This document shows, in pieces, positions 16,253-26,285 of a DNA stretch of 64,000 nucleotides. A model generated the notes under the pieces. That model did no database searches. It saw only the letters and a list, made by a program, of their open reading frames with translations, and was not told where the DNA came from. Made by a program: the position numbers and the translations under genes. Every line of letters starts with the position of its first letter. Within the stretch, counting starts at the first letter, position 1. Origin of the DNA: Dehalococcoidia bacterium (GTDB lineage Bacteria > Chloroflexota > Dehalococcoidia > SM23-28-2); assembly GCA_030615765.1 (NCBI GenBank), contig JAUWYP010000002.1, forward strand, positions 82,480-146,479, in the 5' to 3' direction.

Positions 16253-17239
16253 GTGCTAGCGATGGTGTCTCGTCCCTGTCCGGAGGAGGGCGAAATCGGC
16301 GCTCAAGCCTGGGTCTTCCCTGGCCAGGGCTCGCAGCAGATAGGAATGGGCCTCGACCTGTACGAGACCTTTCCCGCAGCTCGCCGCGTCTTCCAGGAGG
16401 CCGACGAAGAACTCGGCCTCCCTCTCAGCCGTCTCTGCTTTGAGGGACCCGAGGACACCCTCCGCCAGACGATCAATGCCCAGCCAGCGATCATGACCGT
16501 CAGCCTGGCCTGCCTTCAGGCCGCCCTGGAAGAGGGCTGCCTCCAGGAACCCCCAGCGGCCTTCATGGCTGGCCACAGCCTGGGCGAGTACACTGCCCTG
16601 GTGGCCACCGGAGCCCTGGGCTTCCGCGACGGCCTGCGCCTGGTGCGAGAGCGCGGCCGCCTGATGCAGCAGGCAGGCGAGAGAGTCCCCGGAGGCATGG
16701 CGGCGATCATCGGCCTGCCGGAAGACAAAGTGACCGAACTGTGCTACCAGACGCGGGCCGAGGTCTGCAACCTGAACTCGCCTGGGCAAGCGGTCATCGG
16801 CGGCACCCTCGAGGCGGTGGACCGGGCGATAGGAGAGGCCAGGGCCCGCGGTGCCCGCCAGGCCATTCGTCTGAACGTCAGCGGCGCCTTCCACTCCTCG
16901 CTCATGGGGCCAGCCGCCGAGGGCATGGCCGAGGCCGTCGCCCGCACGCCCTTCGCCGATGCCCAGGCGCCCATCGTCGCCAACAGCACCGCCCAACCGA
17001 TAACCAGCGCCGAGGCCATTAGACGAGAGCTCTTGGAGCAGTTCCGCCGGCCCGTCCTCTGGCAGCGCTCGGTGGAGTACATGATCGAAAACGGCGTCAC
17101 CACCTTCGTGGAGATAGGGCCGGGACGCGTCCTCACCGCCCTCATTCGCCGCATCGATGGCAACGCCAATACGAAGAACATCGGCGATGTCCCCTCCATT
17201 CGCAGGGAGGCTGAATGTGGTGATCGATCTGACGAATAG
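16253..17239 (+). CDS. fabD: malonyl CoA-ACP transacylase
   Basis: FPGQGSQ and GHSLGEY motifs. The start is ambiguous (GTG at 16253 or ATG at 16262). Confidence 0.9.
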   Translation: MLAMVSRPCPEEGEIGAQAWVFPGQGSQQIGMGLDLYETFPAARRVFQEADEELGLPLSRLCFEGPEDTLRQTINAQPAIMTVSLACLQAALEEGCLQEPPAAFMAGHSLGEYTALVATGALGFRDGLRLVRERGRLMQQAGERVPGGMAAIIGLPEDKVTELCYQTRAEVCNLNSPGQAVIGGTLEAVDRAIGEARARGARQAIRLNVSGAFHSSLMGPAAEGMAEAVARTPFADAQAPIVANSTAQPITSAEAIRRELLEQFRRPVLWQRSVEYMIENGVTTFVEIGPGRVLTALIRRIDGNANTKNIGDVPSIRREAECGDRSDE

Positions 17240-17966
17240 AGTGGCCCTGGTGACCGGCGCTTCCCGCGGCATCGGGCGGGCAGTGGCCCTCAAGCTGGCG
17301 GAGCGCGGGGCCAAGATAGTGATAAACTACAACCAGAGCGCCGCCGAGGCAGAAAAGGTGGCCGAAGAGATCCGCAGCCAGGGTGGCCAATGCCTGACGG
17401 TGCAGGGCGATGTCACGCTGGCTGCCGATGTGGAGCGAGTCTTCCAGGCCGCCCAGCAAGAGTTCGACAGGGTCGACATATTGGTAAACAACGCCGGCAT
17501 CAATCGCGATACGCTGATACTGCGTATGTCTGAGAAGGACTGGGACGAGGTTCTGAGCACCGACCTGCGGGGAGCCTTCCTCTGCACCAAGGCCGCTCTG
17601 CGCTCCATGATGCGCCAGCGGTGGGGCCGGATCATCAACATCAGCAGCCTGGCCGGGCTTCTGGGCAATGCCGGCCAGGCCAACTACTCGGCGGCCAAGG
17701 CCGGCCTCATCGGCCTGACCAAGGCCGTGGCCCGCGAGATGGGCTCGCGCGGCATCACCGTGAACGCCCTGGCCCCCGGCTTTATCGAGACGGACATGAC
17801 CAAGGACCTCCCGCAATCGCTGAAGGAGGAGGCCCTCCAGCGCATCGTCCTGGGACGCCCAGGGAAGCCCGAGGATGTGGCCGGGGCGGTAGCCTTTCTA
17901 GCCTCCGATGAGGCATCCTACATCACGGGACAGGTGCTGGCCGTGGACGGCGGCCTGGGAATGTAG
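17217..17966 (+). CDS. fabG: 3-oxoacyl-ACP reductase
   Basis: TGASRGIGRAVA, NNAGI and YSAAKAGL motifs. The GTG at 17217 has GGGAGG 6 nt upstream. The longer track ORF would overlap fabD by 83 nt. Confidence 0.9.
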   Translation: MVIDLTNRVALVTGASRGIGRAVALKLAERGAKIVINYNQSAAEAEKVAEEIRSQGGQCLTVQGDVTLAADVERVFQAAQQEFDRVDILVNNAGINRDTLILRMSEKDWDEVLSTDLRGAFLCTKAALRSMMRQRWGRIINISSLAGLLGNAGQANYSAAKAGLIGLTKAVAREMGSRGITVNALAPGFIETDMTKDLPQSLKEEALQRIVLGRPGKPEDVAGAVAFLASDEASYITGQVLAVDGGLGM

Positions 17967-17969
17967 CCC

Positions 17970-18380
17970 ATGGCAGGTAAGAGACGCAAGGCACGCATCA
18001 TCGCCCTCAAAGCCCTCTATGAGTTGGACAGCGTGGACCACGAGCCGCGGGAGATCCTCTCGCGGCTTCTGGAGGAGAACCCGGTCCCTGCCGATGTGGC
18101 TGCCTTCGTCCAGGAGCTAGTGTCGGGCGTGCTAGACCACCGAGAGGAGATCGACGAGGTAATTCGTCAGAAGGCGCCGGCCTGGCCCCTGGAGCAGGTA
18201 GCAGTCATCGACCGCAACATCCTCAGGCTTGCCATCTATGAGATCTTGATTGATAATAGGGTGCCAGTGCGGGCTGCCATTAATGAGGCGGTGGAGCTAG
18301 CCAAATCCTTCGGCGGAGAAAGCTCCCCCAAGTTTGTCAACGGCGTCTTGGGCTCGGTGAGCATCATGACGACTAATTAG
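17970..18380 (+). CDS. nusB: transcription antitermination factor NusB
   Basis: RKARIIALKALYELD...AINEAVELAKSFGGESSPKFVNGVLG. Confidence 0.9.
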   Translation: MAGKRRKARIIALKALYELDSVDHEPREILSRLLEENPVPADVAAFVQELVSGVLDHREEIDEVIRQKAPAWPLEQVAVIDRNILRLAIYEILIDNRVPVRAAINEAVELAKSFGGESSPKFVNGVLGSVSIMTTN

Positions 18381-18403
18381 AGGGCAGCACCAGGAGGTGA
18401 GTC

Positions 18404-18673
18404 GTGGCCACCGTCTTCGAAAGAGTGCGAAAAATCATCGCCGAACAGCTGGGCGTCGACGAGGCCGACATAACCCCCAAGACTTCCTTTGTCGAAGACC
18501 TCAACGCCGACTCCTTGGACCTAGTGGAGCTCATCATGTCCCTGGAGGAGGAGTTCGGCGAGGGGGGCAAAGGCTTCGAGATTTCTGACGAGGACGCCGA
18601 GAAGATCGTCGCCGTGCAGGATGCCGTGAACTACATCCTGGAGCACGGCATCGCTGAGGACGAGCCCGACTGA
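18404..18673 (+). CDS. acpP: acyl carrier protein
   Basis: [21 protein letters not shown] phosphopantetheine-attachment motif. AGGAGG RBS and GTG start. Confidence 0.9.
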   Translation: MATVFERVRKIIAEQLGVDEADITPKTSFVEDLNADSLDLVELIMSLEEEFGEGGKGFEISDEDAEKIVAVQDAVNYILEHGIAEDEPD

Positions 18674-18712
18674 GGCCAGCCAGAGCGAACTAGACTGCCC
18701 TCAGTCTACCCC

Positions 18713-18744
18713 AGGAGCCAGAGGCCGTGCCTGGCTCCTTTTTT
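18713..18744 (+). terminator. Rho-independent terminator after acpP
   Basis: 9-bp stem aggagccag / ctggctcct followed by TTTTTT. Confidence 0.8.
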
Positions 18745-18798
18745 CGGGTATAATGATCATTAGCGTTCGATTTTTTCACCCGTAGCGGCGGCAAGAGC

Positions 18799-19173
18799 AT
18801 GAACTTTTTCGGCATTGGCCTGCCCGAGATCATCCTCATCATGGTGCTGGCTCTCATCGTAGTCGGCCCCCAGCGTCTGCCCGAGCTGGCCGGCCAGCTC
18901 GCCCGCCTTGTGCGCCAGGCCCGGCGTTACGCTGGCCAGGTCACCAGCCAGCTCAAGTACGAGCTGGGCGACCTCACCCAGGAGTACGACGCCCTGCGCC
19001 AGGAGGTGCAGCAGCTTCGGGATGAGTTGCGCCAGCAGGCCAAGCCCCTTCAGAAGGAGCTAGACGCGGCCAGAACCGACCTCAAGGCAGCCAAAGAGTC
19101 CGTAGAGAAGGCTACCGCCGGGGAAGAGCAGCCCCAGGAGACGACCAAGCCCCCCGCCGAAGGGGAAAGCTAG
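18799..19173 (+). CDS. twin-arginine translocase TatA/TatB-family subunit
   Basis: GLPEIILIMVLALIVVGPQRLPEL followed by an amphipathic, charged tail. Confidence 0.8.
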   Translation: MNFFGIGLPEIILIMVLALIVVGPQRLPELAGQLARLVRQARRYAGQVTSQLKYELGDLTQEYDALRQEVQQLRDELRQQAKPLQKELDAARTDLKAAKESVEKATAGEEQPQETTKPPAEGES

Positions 19174-19276
19174 CACCCCCTGAGCCCGCCCCTTCACCTC
19201 AACCATGAGCACGCGACCCACTACCGCCGAGGAGCCCTCCAGAGAGCCCGAAGACGAGGCCAAGGAGGGCAAGTAT

Positions 19277-19999
19277 ATGACGATAATGGAGCACCTCGGC
19301 GAGCTCCGCTACCGCCTCATCGTCTCGGCCCTTTCCGTCGTTGCCACCACTGGCGCCTCCATCTACTTCGCCGGCCGCATGCTCAACTTCCTCAAGGAGC
19401 CCGCCGAGGACCGCAGCGACGCGTTCTTCCTGATATTCACCGAACCTATGGAGGGCCTGGTTGCCCACTTCCGTATCGCCCTCATGGCCGGCATCACCTT
19501 TGCCATGCCCATGCTCATCTACCAGACGCTCATGTTCGTCACCCCAGCCCTGACCAGCAAGGAGAAGCGCTGGGTGTACGCCATCGTCTTCGCTGCCACC
19601 CTGGCCTTCGCCGCGGGGGTGGCCTTCGCCTTCTTCGTCGCCCTGCCGCCGGCTCTTGGCTTCCTCCTCAACTACCCCGAAGACGTCGCCGAGCCCCATA
19701 TCAAGATCGGCAGCTACGTCGACTTCGTGACCCGCCTCCTCCTCTGGACGGGCATCGTCTTCGAGACGCCCCTCCTGCTCATGGGCCTGGCCCGCCTCGG
19801 TGTAGTCACCTCCCGCCAGCTTCTGCGTTTCTGGCGGTACGCCATCGTGGGGGCCTTCATCGTGGCGGCCATCGTCACCCCCAGCATCGACCCCGTCACC
19901 CAGTCGCTCGTGGCCGGGCCGATCATCGTCCTCTACGGCGCCGGCGTTCTCCTCGCCCGCCTGGTAGAGCCGCGGCGGGGGCTAGCCGAGCGCATTTGA
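19277..19999 (+). CDS. tatC: twin-arginine translocase subunit TatC
   Basis: MTIMEHLGELRYRLI plus six hydrophobic segments. The start is set at the ATG at 19277, preceded by AAGGAGGG. The track ORF opens at 19205 without an RBS. Confidence 0.9.
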   Translation: MTIMEHLGELRYRLIVSALSVVATTGASIYFAGRMLNFLKEPAEDRSDAFFLIFTEPMEGLVAHFRIALMAGITFAMPMLIYQTLMFVTPALTSKEKRWVYAIVFAATLAFAAGVAFAFFVALPPALGFLLNYPEDVAEPHIKIGSYVDFVTRLLLWTGIVFETPLLLMGLARLGVVTSRQLLRFWRYAIVGAFIVAAIVTPSIDPVTQSLVAGPIIVLYGAGVLLARLVEPRRGLAERI

Positions 20000-20110
20000 C
20001 GGCCTTGCCCCTTCGTGCTAATATCCATTCGAAAGGTTGTTCTTGACCGCCCCTGCTAGGGTGCGGCAATTCTATATTTGGGCAGTGCTTTACCGTTTAC
20101 GGCTTAGAAA

Positions 20111-20710
20111 ATGTCCGCTCTCACAGAGCTCTACGACAAGATAGCCATCTGCCCCGACTGCGACCTGAGCCGCAGCCGCAATCGCGCTGTCCCCGGCGAG
20201 GGGCCAGAGGACGCCGAGATCATCTTCGTGGGGGAGGCGCCGGGCTTCTACGAGGACCAACAGGGCTGCCCCTTCGTCGGCCCCGCCGGTCGCCTCCTGG
20301 AAGACCTGCTGAGCCCCATTGGTCTTCGCCGCGACCAGGTCTACATTGCCAACGTCATCAAGTGCCGCCCGCCCGAGAATCGCGACCCCCTGCCCAAAGA
20401 GATCGAGGCCTGTCGCAAGTGGCTGGAGCGCCAGATCGAGCTGATCAAACCCAAGGTTGTTGTGCCCCTGGGGCGCTTCTCCCTGGCCTGGTTCTTCCCC
20501 AATGAGTCCATCGGCCGGATGCACGGCCATGCCCGCTGCCGCGATGGCATCTACTATCTGCCCATGTACCACCCTGCGGCCGCCCTGCACGCCGCCAATA
20601 TGCGCCGAGCCATAGAGGAAGATTTCCAGAAGCTGCCGGCTGTCCTGGAGGAGGCCCGCAAGGGGCCCAAGGAAGAGATGCTGGAGCCCCAACAGATGCG
20701 CCTGTTCTAG
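20111..20710 (+). CDS. family-4 uracil-DNA glycosylase (4Fe-4S type)
   Basis: CPDCDL...FVGEAPG...PFVGPAG..L...ANVIKCRPP.NRDP. Confidence 0.85.
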   Translation: MSALTELYDKIAICPDCDLSRSRNRAVPGEGPEDAEIIFVGEAPGFYEDQQGCPFVGPAGRLLEDLLSPIGLRRDQVYIANVIKCRPPENRDPLPKEIEACRKWLERQIELIKPKVVVPLGRFSLAWFFPNESIGRMHGHARCRDGIYYLPMYHPAAALHAANMRRAIEEDFQKLPAVLEEARKGPKEEMLEPQQMRLF

Positions 20711-20721
20711 TTTGCTGAGCC

Positions 20722-22374
20722 ATGGCTAGAGACAAACTGCGGATAATCCCTCTCGGTGGCCTGGGGGAGATCGGCAAGAACATGATGGTGCTGGAGCTCC
20801 CCCAGGACATGATCATCATCGACGCCGGCCTCATGTTCCCCGAGGAGGAGATGCTGGGGGTCGACCTGGTGATCCCCGACATCTCCTACGTCCGCGAGCG
20901 GAAGAAGAAGCTGCGGGCCATCATCATCACCCACGGCCACGAGGACCACACGGGTGGCCTGCCTTATGTCCTGCGCGAGCTACGAGCGCCCATCTACTGC
21001 ACCAGGCTGACCCGCGGCCTCATATCGGTCAAGCTCAAGGAGCACAAGCTGCTCAAGGAGGCCGACCTGCGGACCGTGAGCCCCGGCGACAAGATCCGCC
21101 TGGGGGCCTTCCAGGTGGAGTTCGTGCGGGTCACTCATAGCATCCCCGACTCCTGCGGCCTGGCCATCCGCACACCCGTAGGCACCATAGTCCACAGCGG
21201 CGACTTCAAGCTGGACCACACGCCGGTGATGGGCGAGCCCACCGACTTGCCTCGCTGGGCCCAGCTAGGCCAGGAGGGCGTCCTCCTGCTCCTATCCGAC
21301 TCCACCTACGCCGAGAGCCCTGGCTACACCCCCTCGGAGCAAGTGGTGGGCGAGGCCCTGGACCGCATCATGGCCACCGCACCGGGACGGGTCATCGTGG
21401 CCACCTTCGCCTCCCTCATCTCGCGCGCGCAGCAGGTCATCGACGCTGCCTACCGCAACGGCCGCCGCGTGTTCGTCACCGGCCGCAGCATGGTCGACAA
21501 CGTGCAGATGGCTCTGGAGCTAGGCTACCTCAGCGCACCCGAGAATGTGCTGACCCCCATCGACCAGCTTTCCCGTATGCGGCCCCAGAAAGTTGCCATC
21601 ATCACCACCGGCTCCCAGGGGGAGCCCACCTCTGCCCTGGTGCGCATGGCCAGCCGCGACCACCGCCAGATCAAGATCATCCCCGGCGATACGGTGGTCA
21701 TCTCGGCCAGCCCCATCCCAGGCAACGAGATGCTCATCAACCGTACCATCGACAACCTCGGTCGCCTGGGTGCCGAGATCCTGTATACCCGCATCGCCGA
21801 CGTTCACGTACACGGGCACGCCGCCCAGGAAGAACTGAAGATGCTCCTGAGCCTCGTGAACCCTCGCTACTTTGTTCCCATCCACGGCGAGTACCGCCAC
21901 CTCCTGACCCACGCCCGCCTGGCCCAGGCCATGGGCCTAGCCCAGGACAATACCTTCATCCTGGAGGACGGCGACATCCTGGAGTTGGACGGGAAGGGCA
22001 GCAGGGTGGTCGGTCGGGTGGCGGCCGACCACGTCTACGTAGACGGCCTAGCCGTGGGGGTGAATCAGGTGGTGCTCCGCGACCGCCGCCGCCTGGCTAG
22101 CGATGGCATCATCGTGGTCATCCTGACGGTGGACAAGCACAGCGGCCATCTGATAGGCGAGCCCGACGTAGTGGCCAAGGGATTCATGGACACGGACGAG
22201 GCCGAGGAGATACTGGACAAGGCGCGAAGACAAGTGATGCGGTCCCTGAAAAGGGCCGACCATCACTCTGACTGGGCCGAAGTGAACGCCCGAGTCAGAG
22301 ACGCGCTGGCCCAGTACTTCTATCACGAGACGCGCCGGCGGCCGATGATCCTGCCGCTAACAGTGGAGGTGTAG
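20722..22374 (+). CDS. rnj: ribonuclease J
   Basis: Metallo-beta-lactamase motif ITHGHEDHTGG, beta-CASP region and C-terminal domain. 550 aa. Confidence 0.9.
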   Translation: MARDKLRIIPLGGLGEIGKNMMVLELPQDMIIIDAGLMFPEEEMLGVDLVIPDISYVRERKKKLRAIIITHGHEDHTGGLPYVLRELRAPIYCTRLTRGLISVKLKEHKLLKEADLRTVSPGDKIRLGAFQVEFVRVTHSIPDSCGLAIRTPVGTIVHSGDFKLDHTPVMGEPTDLPRWAQLGQEGVLLLLSDSTYAESPGYTPSEQVVGEALDRIMATAPGRVIVATFASLISRAQQVIDAAYRNGRRVFVTGRSMVDNVQMALELGYLSAPENVLTPIDQLSRMRPQKVAIITTGSQGEPTSALVRMASRDHRQIKIIPGDTVVISASPIPGNEMLINRTIDNLGRLGAEILYTRIADVHVHGHAAQEELKMLLSLVNPRYFVPIHGEYRHLLTHARLAQAMGLAQDNTFILEDGDILELDGKGSRVVGRVAADHVYVDGLAVGVNQVVLRDRRRLASDGIIVVILTVDKHSGHLIGEPDVVAKGFMDTDEAEEILDKARRQVMRSLKRADHHSDWAEVNARVRDALAQYFYHETRRRPMILPLTVEV

Positions 22375-22381
22375 GGAAGGC

Positions 22382-24727
22382 ATGGCCAGAGCAAGGGCGA
22401 AACGCCCCACCTACCGCCGCTCGGGAGCGGCCCCTCGCCGCGCCGCGGCCTACCCGCGCCTGACCCACAGGCCGAATCTCAGCCTCTGGCTGATCGCCGC
22501 CGCTGTCGTCTTCGTCCTCATCCTCATTCCTTTCGTGGGCCCCACCATCGGCGAGGCCATCCTGAACTTCCGCGATGCCCTGGTGAGCCTGCTGGGGCTG
22601 GCCGTACTCCTGCTGGTGATTGGCCTAGTAGTCAACGGTGGGCTGGCCTTGGGCCGCCACTTCACCCTATCGCGTATCTTCTGGCGCCGCTGGGTGGGCA
22701 GCCTCCTCCTGGGCATCACCGTCTGCGGGATCATGGCCCTCTTCCGGCCCGACTGGTCGATCGGCGGTACCTCCCTGGCGGAGGTCACCGCCGGCGGCGA
22801 CCTTGGCCACGTCCTCATGGGCAGCCCCAGCGGCATCCTCATCTGGCTGGGCCTTACCTTCCTGGGAATCGTTATGCTCTGGCCGCGCCAGGTCACCTGG
22901 CTAATACAGCATCTCCCCGACCTTTGGCGAGCGCTGGTGCAGATGCGTCTGCCGGATGAGGTCGCGACCGGCCTGCGATCGTTGGGCTCGATTTTCTTGC
23001 CCAGAGCGGAGCCCAGCCGCTCAGAACCCTTCCCGGCCCTGCCCGAAGGGTGGGACGAAGAGCCGGCTGCCTCGACGCCAGAGGCCGTCGTCCAGGGGGA
23101 GCTTCCTCTCCAGGAGGCACCCGCCCAAGAGGCAGCGGAGGCTGTCTCCCCCAGCGGGCCAGCGGCTGTCGCTGCCGCGCCGCCTGTGACCGGGCGGCCG
23201 GCCGCCCACGGCTGGGAGCTGCCCCTTCTGGATATCCTTCAGCCAACGCCAGAGATCGATGTCAAGCAGACAGACAACACGGCGCGGGCCCAGCTCATCG
23301 AGGAAACCCTGGCCAGCTTCGGCGTCGACGCCCGCGTCATCCAGATAAACCAGGGTCCCGCCATCACTCAGTTCGGCATAGAGCCCGGTTGGGAGGTGAA
23401 GACCCGCACGGTCATCGAGCGGGACAACCGCGGGCGGCCGGTCTACGACAAGGATGGCAACCCCAAGCACAAGACGGAAGTCGTCTCCCGCACACGGGTG
23501 CGCGTAAGCCAGATCACCTCTCTGGCTAACGACATGTCCCTGGCCCTGGCTGCCCCCTCCATCCGCATCGAGGCACCGGTACCCGGCAAGCCGGTGGTGG
23601 GCATCGAGGTGCCCAACAGCACGCCCTCCCTGGTGACCCTGCGCAGCGTCATTGAGAGCACGGCCTTCCAGCGCATCGCCGCTCGCTCCAAGCTGGCCCT
23701 GGCCCTGGGCAAGGGGGTGTCCGGCGAGACCGTGGCCGCCGACCTGAGCCGCATGCCCCACCTCCTCATCGCTGGGGCCACCGGCAGCGGTAAGAGCGTC
23801 TGCATCAACTCCATCATCGCCTGCCTGCTGATGCACAACACAGCCGAGGACATGCGCTTCGTCATCATCGACCCCAAGCGGGTGGAGTTGGCCGCCTTTG
23901 CACCCATCCCCCACCTGGCCTTCTCACGCATCGTGGTGGATCCGGAAGATGTAGTAAGCACCCTCCAGGCTGTCATCCACGAGATGGAAAGCCGCTATCG
24001 CCGCTTTGCTGCGGTGGGTGTGCGCAACATCGAGGGCTACAATCGCAGCCCGCGAGCCGTCCATAAGATGCCCTACTGGGTGGTGATCATCGACGAGCTA
24101 GCCGACCTGATGATCGCCGCCCCCTACCACGTGGAGCGCCAGATCTGCCGCCTGGCCCAGCTGTCCCGGGCCACCGGCATCCACCTCATCATCGCCACTC
24201 AGCGGCCGTCGGTGGACGTGGTCACCGGCCTCATCAAGGCCAACTTCCCCACCCGCATCGCCTTCGCCGTCAGCTCTCAGGTGGACTCCCGCACCATCCT
24301 GGACGGGGCAGGCGCCGAGAAGCTGCTGGGCCGCGGCGATATGCTCTTCATGCCCACCGACGCCTCCAAGCCGAAGCGCCTCCAGGGCTGCTACGTGTCC
24401 GACCAGGAGATCGAGCGCATCGTGCGCTTCTGGACGGACGACCGCTTCCGCCACATACGGCCGGAGGTGGCCGACCACCTCCTTCAGGAGGTGAAGGGGA
24501 TAGCAGATGTGGAGGAGGAGGCAGACCCCCTGCTGGAGCAGGCGCGAGAGCTAGCCCAGGAGCACACCCGCATCTCGACGTCCCTCCTGCAGCGGCGACT
24601 GCACGTCGGCTATCCGCGGGCGGCCCGCCTCATCGACCAGCTCGAGGCGGAGAAAGTCATCGATACCGCCGAAGGGGGCCAATCGCGGCGGGTACTGAAC
24701 CCCCAAGAGGAAGAGCCGCTGATCTGA
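22382..24727 (+). CDS. ftsK: DNA translocase FtsK/SpoIIIE
   Basis: N-terminal TM segments, a Pro/Ala-rich linker, GATGSGKSVCIN Walker A, ATQRPSVDV, and a C-terminal winged-helix gamma domain (LLQRRLHVGYPRAARLIDQLE). Confidence 0.9.
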   Translation: MARARAKRPTYRRSGAAPRRAAAYPRLTHRPNLSLWLIAAAVVFVLILIPFVGPTIGEAILNFRDALVSLLGLAVLLLVIGLVVNGGLALGRHFTLSRIFWRRWVGSLLLGITVCGIMALFRPDWSIGGTSLAEVTAGGDLGHVLMGSPSGILIWLGLTFLGIVMLWPRQVTWLIQHLPDLWRALVQMRLPDEVATGLRSLGSIFLPRAEPSRSEPFPALPEGWDEEPAASTPEAVVQGELPLQEAPAQEAAEAVSPSGPAAVAAAPPVTGRPAAHGWELPLLDILQPTPEIDVKQTDNTARAQLIEETLASFGVDARVIQINQGPAITQFGIEPGWEVKTRTVIERDNRGRPVYDKDGNPKHKTEVVSRTRVRVSQITSLANDMSLALAAPSIRIEAPVPGKPVVGIEVPNSTPSLVTLRSVIESTAFQRIAARSKLALALGKGVSGETVAADLSRMPHLLIAGATGSGKSVCINSIIACLLMHNTAEDMRFVIIDPKRVELAAFAPIPHLAFSRIVVDPEDVVSTLQAVIHEMESRYRRFAAVGVRNIEGYNRSPRAVHKMPYWVVIIDELADLMIAAPYHVERQICRLAQLSRATGIHLIIATQRPSVDVVTGLIKANFPTRIAFAVSSQVDSRTILDGAGAEKLLGRGDMLFMPTDASKPKRLQGCYVSDQEIERIVRFWTDDRFRHIRPEVADHLLQEVKGIADVEEEADPLLEQARELAQEHTRISTSLLQRRLHVGYPRAARLIDQLEAEKVIDTAEGGQSRRVLNPQEEEPLI

Positions 24728-24776
24728 TCGGCGCCCATTCCGGCAATGGGCCCATCGAGACCGACGGCCGCGCCGC

Positions 24777-26273
24777 TTATACCTTCTCTCCCAGGAGCCG
24801 ATGGGCTTTGAGGTAGGTCTCGACGTTCGTCAACTGCCCGAGCAGACTGGTGGCCTTCCGCCCCAGCTCGGAGTGCAGCCAACCTCTGGGGATCACGCCG
24901 TTGCGCACCACTCTACGATAGGTGTGCAGTTTCACTCCCATCGAGGTCTTTCCGTACAGGTCGGCAAACAATTCGTAGAATCGCCGCAAAGGCAGCCGTG
25001 GCCTTGGATATGTCACGTGTAGGAAGTCAAGGAGGGAGTGAGGAATGTCGGTCGCCTGCACTTGCCCTCTGCCAATCAATTTGTTGGTCAACACCGTCCC
25101 CGGAAGAGGCGTAAGCACAGTGAACTGGGGGAAAGCAATTTCACACTTGTTGACAAATTCCATCAGATCGTAGAAATCGCCTTCCTCCCACTCAGGGTTG
25201 ACGACAAAGCAGCCCCAGGCTTCCACCCCATGCTGGCGCATGGTTTGCAAAGCCTGAACAGCGTGACCAACCGTAGTCTGCTTGTGATGCAGTTCTCTGA
25301 CTTCCTCATCCTTGTGGGACTCAATGCCAAGAAGCAACACTTTCAGGCCAGCTTTCGCCCACGGCTCTACGAGCTCCGGCCGGCGAGCGATGTCGCTGGT
25401 GCGCACCTGCGCCCAGTATTTCCAGCCACTGCCCTTCCAGCCAACCCGATTGCGCTCGTTGATGCGGGCAGCAATCTCCAGCGAGCGGCCGGCGTCGGCC
25501 CAGAATTCGTCATCGACAAAGGCGACAACCTCGATTCCGTCTGGCAGCCTCTCCAGTTCGGCGACTACGCGAGCCGGGCTCTTCTTACGATATCGACGCC
25601 GATTGAACACCCAGACCGAACAGAAATCGCAGTCGTGCGGGCAGCCGCGAGTAGTCTCGACGCCGGCAACGGCTCCCAGAACGTTCAAGTAGTAGTCCGC
25701 CTGATAGCGAGTGACCAGACTCCAATCGAGGAAGGGAAGAGTGTCCAGGTCATCAACTTGCGGCCTGTCTGGCGTGACCACGTTGTGCTCACCTTTTCTG
25801 AAGGCGATTCCGGGAATAGCGTCGAACGGGCCACCACGAGCGACTGCCCCCACCAGCTCCGGGAAGGTGATTTCCCCCTCCCCGCGAACGGCGAAGTCGA
25901 TAGATGCTTCGTCCAGCACATCATCCAGGGCCATGGTAGCGTGATACCCGCCCCAGACGATCGGTACGTCGGGGAGCACCTTCTTTGCTCGACGAGCCAG
26001 CATCTTAGCTGCCTCTGCTTCGGCAGTATAGGCTGTCAAGCCAATCAAGCCGGGAGCAAACTCCAGCAGCTCCTCCTCAAAGGCGCTGTCCTTCTCCAGA
26101 CGCATATCAAGAATCCGGCACTCATGGTCAGCTACGGACGCGGCCACCGTCACAAGCTCCATCGGAGGCGTCCTGGCCAGCGACGTGAAGCCAACCGAGA
26201 AATCGGATATGTCGGGCTTGACGAACAGTATCTTCACTCTTCCCCCAATTCTCAATGGGATATCATACGGCAA
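24777..26273 (-). CDS. B12-binding-domain radical SAM protein (class B)
   Basis: N-terminal B12-binding-like domain followed by ETTRGCPHDCDFCSV (CxxxCxxC). Locally lower GC (28/60 in the line at 25141-25200). Confidence 0.85.
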   Translation of the reverse strand: MPYDIPLRIGGRVKILFVKPDISDFSVGFTSLARTPPMELVTVAASVADHECRILDMRLEKDSAFEEELLEFAPGLIGLTAYTAEAEAAKMLARRAKKVLPDVPIVWGGYHATMALDDVLDEASIDFAVRGEGEITFPELVGAVARGGPFDAIPGIAFRKGEHNVVTPDRPQVDDLDTLPFLDWSLVTRYQADYYLNVLGAVAGVETTRGCPHDCDFCSVWVFNRRRYRKKSPARVVAELERLPDGIEVVAFVDDEFWADAGRSLEIAARINERNRVGWKGSGWKYWAQVRTSDIARRPELVEPWAKAGLKVLLLGIESHKDEEVRELHHKQTTVGHAVQALQTMRQHGVEAWGCFVVNPEWEEGDFYDLMEFVNKCEIAFPQFTVLTPLPGTVLTNKLIGRGQVQATDIPHSLLDFLHVTYPRPRLPLRRFYELFADLYGKTSMGVKLHTYRRVVRNGVIPRGWLHSELGRKATSLLGQLTNVETYLKAHRLLGEKV

Positions 26274-26285
26274 ATAGCGCTCACA

